DNA of 51,000 nt from a virus. Taxonomy: Duplodnaviria > Caudoviricetes. Made by a program: the position numbers and the translations under genes. Below, piece by piece: positions 1 to 8,572 of the stretch (within the stretch, counting starts at the first letter, position 1; each line of letters begins with the position of its first letter). The notes beneath the pieces were generated by a model. It was not told the DNA's origin and searched no databases. It was given only the letters and a program-made list of their open reading frames with translations. The stretch lies in the IMG/VR virus record IMGVR_UViG_3300020409_000025, positions 1-51,000 of that record. One strand, written 5' to 3'.

Positions 1-270
1 TACAACTGCCGAACTTAACATTTTAGATGGAGTTACATCTACAGCAGCCGAACTAAATATACTTGATGGTGTTACTGCAACTGCAACAGAATTAAATATA
101 CTAGACGGAGTTACAAGTACTACTGCTGAATTAAATATATTAGACGGAGTTACTGCAACCGCAGCAGAATTAAATGCTCTTGATGGTATTACAGCAACAG
201 TTTCAGAGTTAAATATTTTAGATGGTGTTACTGCAAGTGCTGCAGACATTAATCTGATAGATGGAATTAC
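1..270 (+). repeat. Coding 39-bp (13-aa) tandem repeats in tail fibre
   Basis: About 7 units of (T/A)AELNILDGVT(S/A)T; the same repeat fills 50800-51000. Confidence 0.9.
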
Positions 271-2233
271 AAATGGAACTGTTATAGCTAGTAAAGCTAT
301 TATAACAGATGCAAACAAAGACATAACTGGTGGTAGAAATATTACTATTACAGGTGAACTCGATGCAGCTACATTAGATATTAGTGGTGATGCAGATATA
401 GATGGAACACTTGAAGCTGATGCTATAACAATTAATGGAGTTACTTTAGCAGAAACTATTTCTGATACTGTAGGAGCTATGGTAACAAGTAATACTGAAA
501 CTGGTATTGCTGTTACTTATGACGACAGTGACAATACTTTAGACTTTGTAATTGGCACACTTAACCAAGATACTACAGGTAATGCAGCTACAGCTACAGC
601 ATTAGAAACAGCTAGAACAATACACGGAGTTTCTTTTGATGGTACAGCTAACATAGACCTTTCTGAAGTAATTCAAGATACTGTAGGAGCTATGGTATCT
701 TCTAACACTGAGTCAGGTATTACAGTAGCTTATGAAGATTCAGACGGTACTTTAGACTTTACAGTTGGTACATTAAATCAAGATACTACTGGCAATGCTG
801 CTACTGCTACAGCTCTTGAAACTGCTAGAACTATTCATGGTGTATCTTTTGATGGTACAGCTAATATAGATTTAACAGAAGTTGTACAAGATACTGTTGG
901 AGCAATGTTTAGTTCAAATACTGAAACAGGTATTACTGCAACATATCAAGATAGTGATGGTACTATTGATTTAACAGTATCAGGTGCAGCAGTTACGAGT
1001 ATTGCTGATGCTGATGGCGATACTAAAATTCAAGTAGAAGAAAGTTCTGACGAAGATATTATACGTTTTGATGTAGGCGGTTCAGAAAAAGCTACCTTAA
1101 ATGGTTCAGGAGTATTAGATGTTGATGGTGGTATTACGATTGATAATATTACTATAGATGGTACAGAAATAGATTTAAGTTCTGGAGATTTAACTATAGA
1201 TTGTGCAGCAGATATTGTTCTTGATGCAGATGGTGGAAATATAGAAATGAAAGATGATGGACTTCATTTTTATTCTATAAGCAGAAGCGGAGATAACGCA
1301 ATTATTCAAAGTGTTATATCAGATGGAGATGTAATAATACAAGGTAATGATGGTGGCTCAACAATTACTGCTTTAACTCTTGATATGTCAGAGGCAGGAG
1401 AAGCAACATTTAACTCTCACATAAACTTACCAGACAGTGCAAAAATAAAACTTGGAGCAGGAGATGACCTACAAATTTATCATGATGGAAATAATAGTAT
1501 TATTGCAGATGAAGGAACAGGTGGATTATTTTTAAGAGGAACAAATACTGTAGATATACAAAGTGCGTTAGGACATAACTACTTAAAATCAACCATAAGT
1601 GCAGGAACTCAAATTTATTACGATAACTCAGAAAAGTTTGCAACTGTATCAGGTGGAGTAAAAGTCACAGGAAACATTGAAAATGCTTCTGGAGATATGA
1701 CTATTGATGTTGCAGGAGATATTATCCTTGATGCCGATGGTGGTGTTATATCTTTACAGGACAATGGTACAGAAACAGGTCAACTAAAACCAGATAGTGC
1801 AGGTTTAGTCCTTCAAGCTGTAGGTTCTGATTTAGACATTTTCCTTTCAGGAAATGATGGGGGTTCAGCGATTACAGCAGTTAGAATAGATATGTCAGAT
1901 GCCGGTGCATTAATTTGTAATGGTAATATTACAGCTTTTGGAAGCACATCAGATATAAGACTAAAAGAAAATATTGAAGTTATTCCTGATGCTCTTGATA
2001 AAGTAAAAGAATTAAAAGGAGTTACTTTTAATTACAAAAAAGATGGCAAAATTAGTACAGGACTTATAGCACAAGATTTAGAAAAAGTTTTACCAGAAGC
2101 AGTTTATGAATCTTCTGATGTAGATAATGACGAGGACAAACACTTAGCTATTCGTTATGGCAACACAGTAGGTTTATTAGTTGAGGCTATTAAAGAATTA
2201 GAAGCTAGAGTAAAAGAACTAGAGGGTAAATAA
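2..2233 (+). CDS. Tail fibre protein, C-terminal part (continues the gene starting at 50179), with C-terminal intramolecular chaperone (peptidase S74-like) domain
   Basis: The frame is open from base 2, upstream of the 479 start in the ORF track. It has 13-aa TAAELNILDGVTS repeats, ~71-aa repeats containing ATATALETARTIHGVSFDGTANI, and C-terminal SDIRLKENI...GLIAQDLEKVLPEAV...GLLVEAIKEL chaperone motifs. Confidence 0.9.
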   Translation, partial: TTAELNILDGVTSTAAELNILDGVTATATELNILDGVTSTTAELNILDGVTATAAELNALDGITATVSELNILDGVTASAADINLIDGITNGTVIASKAIITDANKDITGGRNITITGELDAATLDISGDADIDGTLEADAITINGVTLAETISDTVGAMVTSNTETGIAVTYDDSDNTLDFVIGTLNQDTTGNAATATALETARTIHGVSFDGTANIDLSEVIQDTVGAMVSSNTESGITVAYEDSDGTLDFTVGTLNQDTTGNAATATALETARTIHGVSFDGTANIDLTEVVQDTVGAMFSSNTETGITATYQDSDGTIDLTVSGAAVTSIADADGDTKIQVEESSDEDIIRFDVGGSEKATLNGSGVLDVDGGITIDNITIDGTEIDLSSGDLTIDCAADIVLDADGGNIEMKDDGLHFYSISRSGDNAIIQSVISDGDVIIQGNDGGSTITALTLDMSEAGEATFNSHINLPDSAKIKLGAGDDLQIYHDGNNSIIADEGTGGLFLRGTNTVDIQSALGHNYLKSTISAGTQIYYDNSEKFATVSGGVKVTGNIENASGDMTIDVAGDIILDADGGVISLQDNGTETGQLKPDSAGLVLQAVGSDLDIFLSGNDGGSAITAVRIDMSDAGALICNGNITAFGSTSDIRLKENIEVIPDALDKVKELKGVTFNYKKDGKISTGLIAQDLEKVLPEAVYESSDVDNDEDKHLAIRYGNTVGLLVEAIKELEARVKELEGK

Positions 2234-2916
2234 TGGCTTTAGCAACTTCAGGTGCTTTATCTTTAAATGAAATTCACATTGAAGTTGGTGGTACTTCTGG
2301 TACTACATGTTCTTTAAATGATTCTGATATTAGAAACATAACTGAAGCTTCTGGCAAAACTATTAATAATACATTAGGAACTACTATAGATTTTAATAAC
2401 TTTTATGGTGCTACTAATATTCCAACTTGGACTATTTCAATGACTCAGGGAAGTCATACTGTTACTGGTACAGGACCTAACTATGGTACTAATAGCAGTA
2501 TTTATAGGGGTTTTGCTACTACTAATTTTAGTTATAGCTTTTCTTTTGGAAGTCTAGATGATGACCAAGACACATATTATTTTGATAATAACCCAATTAA
2601 AGCCATAAATACAAATCACACTACAGGAGATACAATAGGAACTCCCGGTTTTCAAGGTTTATATTTAAGAGTGCAAAAAGCTAATGCTACTATAGCTAAC
2701 ACAGATGCAGGTGCATTTAAGACAATGGCAGCAACTGTTTCTGGTAGTGGTAGTACTACTACATTAAACAGGTCAGATGCAACTTTTAGTTCTGCTAGTG
2801 GTGGTACTGATACTTCTTTACATTATAATACGTGGACATGGAGTAGTTCTTATGCAAATTCAAGTACTTTAGGTAGTGGTAGTGGTACTACATCAATAGT
2901 TTTTAGTCGTTTTTAA
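2233..2916 (+). CDS. Putative tail fibre-associated/adhesin protein
   Basis: TAATG-coupled to the fibre gene. The N-terminus (MALATSGALSLNEIHIEVGG...FNNFYGA) is typical of fibre-tip proteins in marine phages, followed by a Ser/Thr/Gly-rich region. Confidence 0.55.
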   Translation: MALATSGALSLNEIHIEVGGTSGTTCSLNDSDIRNITEASGKTINNTLGTTIDFNNFYGATNIPTWTISMTQGSHTVTGTGPNYGTNSSIYRGFATTNFSYSFSFGSLDDDQDTYYFDNNPIKAINTNHTTGDTIGTPGFQGLYLRVQKANATIANTDAGAFKTMAATVSGSGSTTTLNRSDATFSSASGGTDTSLHYNTWTWSSSYANSSTLGSGSGTTSIVFSRF

Positions 2917-2924
2917 AATTAGAT

Positions 2925-4001
2925 ATGAGTGAAATAAAATTAAAAGAAGAATCTATGGAAGATACCTTACAAAATAAAGTATCTGGAGCTAGATTAGATT
3001 TTGATGAAAACAATAATCCTTTTTATAGATTAACTATGTATTTAAAAGAACCACATACTAATGTTGAATATTATATGGAGTTAAATAAAAACGACAGTAA
3101 AGAACTTATAATACAAAAAGAAGATGGAAATTATGTAGCAGAAGAAGATGTTGAATACTTACGTCAAATGTGGAAAGTTAAAGAAAATTCAACAAGATTA
3201 CTTAGAGTATGGAAAGACGGAGAAAAAGGAAAAGATATTCCTGAAGAATGGTGGAATGACGGTGTAACAACAGTGCCTTTTGATACTGCTATGTGGGATG
3301 AAGTTTTTGTTGATAAAGAAAAAGTAAAGATAGATTATAATATAACTGTTGTCGGAGATGAAGCTGATAAAGTAACTGAATTAGTAACAAAGATTGAAGA
3401 AAAATTTCCAAATGAAAAAGATTTTTATGTAAATGACCATACTATTATTGGTGAATATTTAGATAATCATACAATAAGACCACCATATAAATCACATAAT
3501 ACAGTTACTCTTTACTATATGTATTATGATAAAACTGAGTATAAAAAATTATTAGAAGAATATAAAGTTCCACATCGAGATTTGTATTCCTATAAATTTT
3601 GGTACGGTCACAAATATGATATTGATTCAGGTGAAAGATTATTAAAAGTAGTAATAGAAGATTCAGATGCAGTAAGTAATTATCAAAAACATCCAGATTC
3701 TTTTATTCTCAGACCACAGCTACCACCTTGTATAGATGCATATTTTGCAAAAATATATTCGGAAGATGGCACAGAAGCAGATGAATATGATGTCTTTTTT
3801 TCAACAACATACGATATAATGCAAGACTATTGTGAAAAAAATAATCTTAAATTTCCTTTGCCTGATAATAGAATACATGACCATGTTTGGGTTTTTGGTC
3901 TTGTTTATGATAAAAATACTTTAGAAATAAAACAAACTAAAGCATACGTTAAAGTAGTTCAAAATCCTGAAAACTGGTTTGCTTTTGCTTCAAGTAGATA
4001 A
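2925..4001 (+). CDS. Hypothetical acidic, Tyr-rich protein (358 aa)
   Basis: Long ORF in the tail module; no motif recognised. Confidence 0.75.
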   Translation: MSEIKLKEESMEDTLQNKVSGARLDFDENNNPFYRLTMYLKEPHTNVEYYMELNKNDSKELIIQKEDGNYVAEEDVEYLRQMWKVKENSTRLLRVWKDGEKGKDIPEEWWNDGVTTVPFDTAMWDEVFVDKEKVKIDYNITVVGDEADKVTELVTKIEEKFPNEKDFYVNDHTIIGEYLDNHTIRPPYKSHNTVTLYYMYYDKTEYKKLLEEYKVPHRDLYSYKFWYGHKYDIDSGERLLKVVIEDSDAVSNYQKHPDSFILRPQLPPCIDAYFAKIYSEDGTEADEYDVFFSTTYDIMQDYCEKNNLKFPLPDNRIHDHVWVFGLVYDKNTLEIKQTKAYVKVVQNPENWFAFASSR

Positions 4002-4105
4002 TGAATTTAGAAAAAGAAATAAAAAAAATTAATAAAAAATTCTATAAAAAAATAGAAAAAGAAAAAAAATTTAGAAAAAACTTTAACATAAAATTTTATA
4101 ATTAA
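4001..4105 (+). CDS. Small Lys-rich peptide (34 aa, MNLEKEIKKINKKFYKKIEKEKKFRKNFNIKFYN)
   Basis: Its ATG overlaps the upstream TAA (TAATG) and its stop lies just before the next ATG at 4107; it accounts for the A-rich tract. Confidence 0.5.
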   Translation: MNLEKEIKKINKKFYKKIEKEKKFRKNFNIKFYN

Positions 4106-4106
4106 T

Positions 4107-4349
4107 ATGGAACTATCATCATACTTAATTTGGAATGCTTTTATAACATTAGTTTTAGCTCCAATACTTTATAACATTCGACAAAATGCTCAAGAAAATA
4201 AACGTATTGATATTTTGTTAAATAAAACTAGAGAAGAGATTGCTAGAGACTATGTTACTAAAAATGAGTCCAGAGCAGTTATGAAAGACTTAGTAGATAG
4301 GTTAGATAAATTAGATGAAAAGCTTGACAAACTCTTTGAATTAAGGTAA
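4107..4349 (+). CDS. Small membrane-anchored coiled-coil protein
   Basis: N-terminal hydrophobic helix and C-terminal LDKLDEKLDKL heptads. Confidence 0.7.
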   Translation: MELSSYLIWNAFITLVLAPILYNIRQNAQENKRIDILLNKTREEIARDYVTKNESRAVMKDLVDRLDKLDEKLDKLFELR

Positions 4350-4357
4350 AATAGTAA

Positions 4358-6592
4358 ATGAAAAAGAAATATAAACGAGCAGGAACTACTTCAGAACGTC
4401 AAGACTATCGCAAAGGTGGTCTTGTTGGTAATAGTAAAAGAGTAAAAGTTTTTGGTGGTGGCTATGGTGGTCCTTCTTTTAGTCAACAATATTCCGCAGC
4501 TTTAGCAGGAGGTGTGCCAAACTTATCTGGGGTCGATTTTAGTGGACTATCAATACCTACAAATGCACCTGCACCTAAACCTGAAGCACCACCTGACCCT
4601 TCAATATTTGAACCAGCACAAGCTACACAAGGACAAGAATTAGTAACTCCTCAAACACAAAGTAATAATACAACAATCGTACAAGGACAAAGTAGTATAG
4701 GTGTTGGAGATGTTGGAACAACTGCAGGAGAACCTAAAACAAATATACTTGGACAACCAATAGGAGGAACTACCATGTCAGAAGGAACTTTAAAACCAGA
4801 AGATGTAGATAGAAAAAGAAAAGATTTAGAATTACAGGCAGCAGGTCGTGGTATTCAAACTACTCCTATGCAAGTTAAAACTTTAACAGGTCAAGTAACA
4901 GGAGGAGAGTTAGAGCCGGGAACTGGAGATTTAGGTGGAGTACAAACTATAACTGGTACAACTGGACAAGTACAAGCCCCAGAACAAGTTACTACTGCTG
5001 CACCTACTCAAGCTGCTCAACCACAACAAGTAGCTCCTGCACAAATAGGTGCGGTTGAAACTGTAACTACTCAACCTACTCAAGCTGCGGTAGGAACTGT
5101 TAGTGATAAATCAGTAGCAGAAAAAGTAGATGTTAGTACTGTACCTACTATTACTGGTGTTAATGTAGATATTAAAGAAGGAGCATTAACTGATAGAGTA
5201 GTTGCTCAAATGTCTCCTGAAGCAGTTGCTCAAGCTGCTCAAGTAAATGGTTTAGATGTTAGAAGAGTCACTAGAGCAAAAGAAGAATTAAGAAATGCTG
5301 GTATAGATGAAATAACTATTGCAGAACTTGGTAATGACCCTGCAGCTTTAGAAAACAGATTAATGAATCTGACAGATAAAGATAGAGGTTTAGTTGCTGG
5401 ACTACCTGAAGAAGCTTTAGTTAGTACACAAATGAATACTCTTTTAGCAGGTATTGAACAAGGAACTGTACCAACATGGGCAAGACCTGCAATGGCACAA
5501 GTAGATGCTATTCTTGCTCAAAGAGGTTTAGAAGCTTCTACAGTTGGTAGAGATGCATTATTAAATACAATTATTCAAAGTGCTTTACCAATAGCACAAA
5601 GTAATGCTCAAGCTATACAAACATCATTAGCTCAAGAAAGAGCTACAGAAGCTCAAGTAGCAATTAAAGATGCTGAGTTTAGACAGCAAACTGCTCTTAC
5701 AAATGCAAACAATGTATTTAAATTAGACTTAGCACAGTTTAGTGCTGACCAACAAACTGCTTTAGCTAATAGTAAATTTTTACAAACTGTAAGTTTAGTT
5801 GAATCTAATAATGACCAACAAGCTGTTATTCAAAATGCTGCATTATTATCTCAAGCTAATTTAGCTCAAGCTACTGTTGACCAACAAAGACAGATAAATA
5901 ATGCTAAAGCATTTTTACAAATGGATATGGCTAATTTAAATGCTGAACAACAAACTAACATACTTAATGCTCAACAAACACAACAAGCTGCATTAAGTAA
6001 TGCTGCTGCTCAAAATGCTGCTAAACAATTTAATGCTACAAGTGAAAATCAAGTTAATCAGTTTATGGCTACTCTTGCAGCAGATACTGAAAAATTTAAT
6101 ACTACACAGATGAATGCTATTCAACAGTTTAATGCTTCACAAGCAAATGCTGCTGCAGCTAGAGATTCACAAAGAAGTTTTGATTTAGAAAAATTTAATA
6201 CTGGAATAAAAAATCAAATAGAACAATTTAATACTGCATTAGAAAATAATAGAAGAGAGTTTAATGCTAAAAACAGTTTAGCTATTGCTCAGTCTAATGC
6301 TCAATGGCGAAGACAAATAGCAACTGCAGATACTGCTGCTATTAATGCTGCTGCTGAACAAGCAGTTAAACAAAACTTTTCATTAACTTCACAAGCTCAA
6401 CAAGCTTTGTGGCAAGACTTGAGAGACCAAGCACATAATATATTTACAGGTGCTAGAAAAGATAAAGACATAGTAGCTCAAATAGTTGCAGATTTTGCAG
6501 CTAATCAATTTGCAAATGATGCAGCTATGAATGGTATGCTAAAAGTAGTTAAAAGTACAATAACAAGTCTAACAGACTATTCAATATCATAG
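4358..6592 (+). CDS. Putative internal virion (ejection) protein
   Basis: Gln/Ala/Asn-rich helical repeats (NAAKQFNA, QFNASQANA); lies after the tail genes in a podovirus layout. Confidence 0.65.
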   Translation: MKKKYKRAGTTSERQDYRKGGLVGNSKRVKVFGGGYGGPSFSQQYSAALAGGVPNLSGVDFSGLSIPTNAPAPKPEAPPDPSIFEPAQATQGQELVTPQTQSNNTTIVQGQSSIGVGDVGTTAGEPKTNILGQPIGGTTMSEGTLKPEDVDRKRKDLELQAAGRGIQTTPMQVKTLTGQVTGGELEPGTGDLGGVQTITGTTGQVQAPEQVTTAAPTQAAQPQQVAPAQIGAVETVTTQPTQAAVGTVSDKSVAEKVDVSTVPTITGVNVDIKEGALTDRVVAQMSPEAVAQAAQVNGLDVRRVTRAKEELRNAGIDEITIAELGNDPAALENRLMNLTDKDRGLVAGLPEEALVSTQMNTLLAGIEQGTVPTWARPAMAQVDAILAQRGLEASTVGRDALLNTIIQSALPIAQSNAQAIQTSLAQERATEAQVAIKDAEFRQQTALTNANNVFKLDLAQFSADQQTALANSKFLQTVSLVESNNDQQAVIQNAALLSQANLAQATVDQQRQINNAKAFLQMDMANLNAEQQTNILNAQQTQQAALSNAAAQNAAKQFNATSENQVNQFMATLAADTEKFNTTQMNAIQQFNASQANAAAARDSQRSFDLEKFNTGIKNQIEQFNTALENNRREFNAKNSLAIAQSNAQWRRQIATADTAAINAAAEQAVKQNFSLTSQAQQALWQDLRDQAHNIFTGARKDKDIVAQIVADFAANQFANDAAMNGMLKVVKSTITSLTDYSIS

Positions 6593-6599
6593 GAGGTGC

Positions 6600-7799
6600 G
6601 ACTTCTTAAAGAAACTAGGTAAAGCAATCGGAAAAGGAATTAAGGGTGTTGTCAAAGGTGTTGGCAAGGTCGTTAAAGGTGTCGTAAAAATACAAAAAAA
6701 AGTATTTAAGGGTGTCGTTAAACTTGCTAAAAAAGCATGGAAGAATAAATATATTCGGGCAGGACTATTAATTGCTGCAATCGCTACGGGAGTGGGGGCT
6801 ATTGCTGTAGCTGGAGCTACTGGAGCAGGGGCTGGTGGTATATTAGCTGCTACAGGTCTTAAAGGTGCATCGGCATTTGGAGCTTTAATGAAAGCTGGAT
6901 TTGTAGGTTTTACTGGAGCTGCCGGAGCTACTGCTGGATTAATAGGAAGCGGAGGAAGTCTTGGTTTAAGTGGTAGTATTTTAGCTGGAGGCTCTGCTAT
7001 TACTCCAGTTGCCCCAACAGCCGTATCATCTGCAGCTTTATCTACAGCACCAATGACAATTTCAAGCTTACCTGCTGCTGCCCCAACTACTTTTAGTTCA
7101 ACTTTAGGAGCAGGAGCAACAACTGGTGGAGGAACATTTATTGGAGGATTAGGAGGAGCTACTTCTACAGGAGGAATGAGTTTAGCATCTACAGCTAGTA
7201 CAGCAGCAGGAACTTTTACTACTACTACACCTGTTCTAATGAGTGCTCCTGCGACTGGAACTTTTACTGCTACTACACCTCTTTCTGCTACTGTAAGTTC
7301 TTTTACTCCTGCAACAGGAACTTTTACTGTTCCTACAACATCAACATCAACAGCAGCTAGTGCAAGTTTTTCAACTACTCCGGGAACAAGTATAACATCT
7401 AGTCCTGTTAGAATTGCAAAAAGTCGTGCTACGAGTAAAAAATATGGGTTTCTAAATGATTTAAAAGAAGGCTTAAAGGGTGGTGTTATAGATGGTGCAA
7501 GAAGTCTTGTTGGAAATAGTCTTTATAATTTAGTCATGCATGGTGATATTAAAGGAGAAAAGTTTGAACAAGACCTTACAGCTACTGGTGGAGGACAAGC
7601 TAGTAGTTACATGGGTAGTTATGCTTTACCAAGTGCTATAGACTATGAAGCTTCTGGTATAGGTGGTGATACTATTGGCAATACTTATGTCAGTATGTTA
7701 CAAAATTTAAATTATGGTACAGGTTCTCTTGATTATGCAAGACATACCAATATGGCTCTTATGAGAGGAATCCAAATACCTCAAATACAATATGCTTAG
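6600..7799 (+). CDS. Putative ejection/pilot protein with amphipathic Lys/Gly/Val N-terminus and Gly/Ala/Thr-rich region; start codon unresolved
   Basis: The frame is open ~200 nt upstream of the track start at 6792 (DFLKKLGKAIGKGIKGVVKG...). SD AGGAGG lies at 6591-6596, but no in-frame ATG/GTG/TTG follows it. Confidence 0.65.
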   Translation, partial: DFLKKLGKAIGKGIKGVVKGVGKVVKGVVKIQKKVFKGVVKLAKKAWKNKYIRAGLLIAAIATGVGAIAVAGATGAGAGGILAATGLKGASAFGALMKAGFVGFTGAAGATAGLIGSGGSLGLSGSILAGGSAITPVAPTAVSSAALSTAPMTISSLPAAAPTTFSSTLGAGATTGGGTFIGGLGGATSTGGMSLASTASTAAGTFTTTTPVLMSAPATGTFTATTPLSATVSSFTPATGTFTVPTTSTSTAASASFSTTPGTSITSSPVRIAKSRATSKKYGFLNDLKEGLKGGVIDGARSLVGNSLYNLVMHGDIKGEKFEQDLTATGGGQASSYMGSYALPSAIDYEASGIGGDTIGNTYVSMLQNLNYGTGSLDYARHTNMALMRGIQIPQIQYA

Positions 7800-7801
7800 T
7801 T

Positions 7802-8572
7802 ATGTTAAAAAAAGATAAAAAGTTAAGAAAAGTTGTTAATCCTACAGTAAGTGGTGCAGCTTTAGAAATAATAAATGAGTTAGATAAAAATGATGTAGCT
7901 CTTGAAGAATTTACTGGCGGTGATTTTTTTGAAAGACCAGATAATCGTGGTGAAGAAAAATTACCTTTAGCAGATGTAAAAAACTCAGAAAACATGGCAG
8001 AAAATTTAGAGTTTATAACATCTCACTTATCTGAAAGACAAGATGTTCCCGGAGCTTCTTTAACAAATGACCCAGAAAAACCTTATCCTTGGGAGCAACC
8101 ACCACAGTTTGCAAATCCTAGAGAAGCACAAGACTATATGTACACTTTACTTTCTACTCCAGAAGTAGCAGGAGATGTAGTTACAGCATTAGGTCAAGGT
8201 ATATCTGTAATGGACTTGACAAGTTTATTTATATTTACTGGTTTTATTAGTGGTAAATTTACTCCAGATGTAGGTTTATTAATTGGTGAATCAACAGCAT
8301 ATTTTATTATGACTCTTGGAGAAATGGCTAATATTGAATATAAAATCGAAGACGATGATACAGATATAGATGAGTTTATCGAAAAAGATGTAAATGATAA
8401 AATCATGGAATTAAATAATATGGAAAGAATAAGACAGTTATCAAATCAAAATAAAGTTCAAAAAAGTGATATACCAAAAGAAATTTTGGCAGAAGCAGAA
8501 CAAAGAGTTGATACAAGTTTATTAGCTCCAACAGAAACAGAAGATAATAATTTATTAGATAGGACAGAGTAA
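7802..8572 (+). CDS. Putative virion protein (acidic)
   Basis: PGASLT...PWEQPPQF motif of the kind seen in podovirus structural clusters. Confidence 0.6.
   Translation: MLKKDKKLRKVVNPTVSGAALEIINELDKNDVALEEFTGGDFFERPDNRGEEKLPLADVKNSENMAENLEFITSHLSERQDVPGASLTNDPEKPYPWEQPPQFANPREAQDYMYTLLSTPEVAGDVVTALGQGISVMDLTSLFIFTGFISGKFTPDVGLLIGESTAYFIMTLGEMANIEYKIEDDDTDIDEFIEKDVNDKIMELNNMERIRQLSNQNKVQKSDIPKEILAEAEQRVDTSLLAPTETEDNNLLDRTE

Noticed and set aside
1-270. 39-bp tandem repeats as a CRISPR array
   Set aside because: They are in-frame coding repeats with synonymous variation and no unique spacers.
479-2916. Diversity-generating retroelement acting on the tail fibre
   Set aside because: No reverse transcriptase and no template/variable repeat pair with adenine-specific mismatches was seen.
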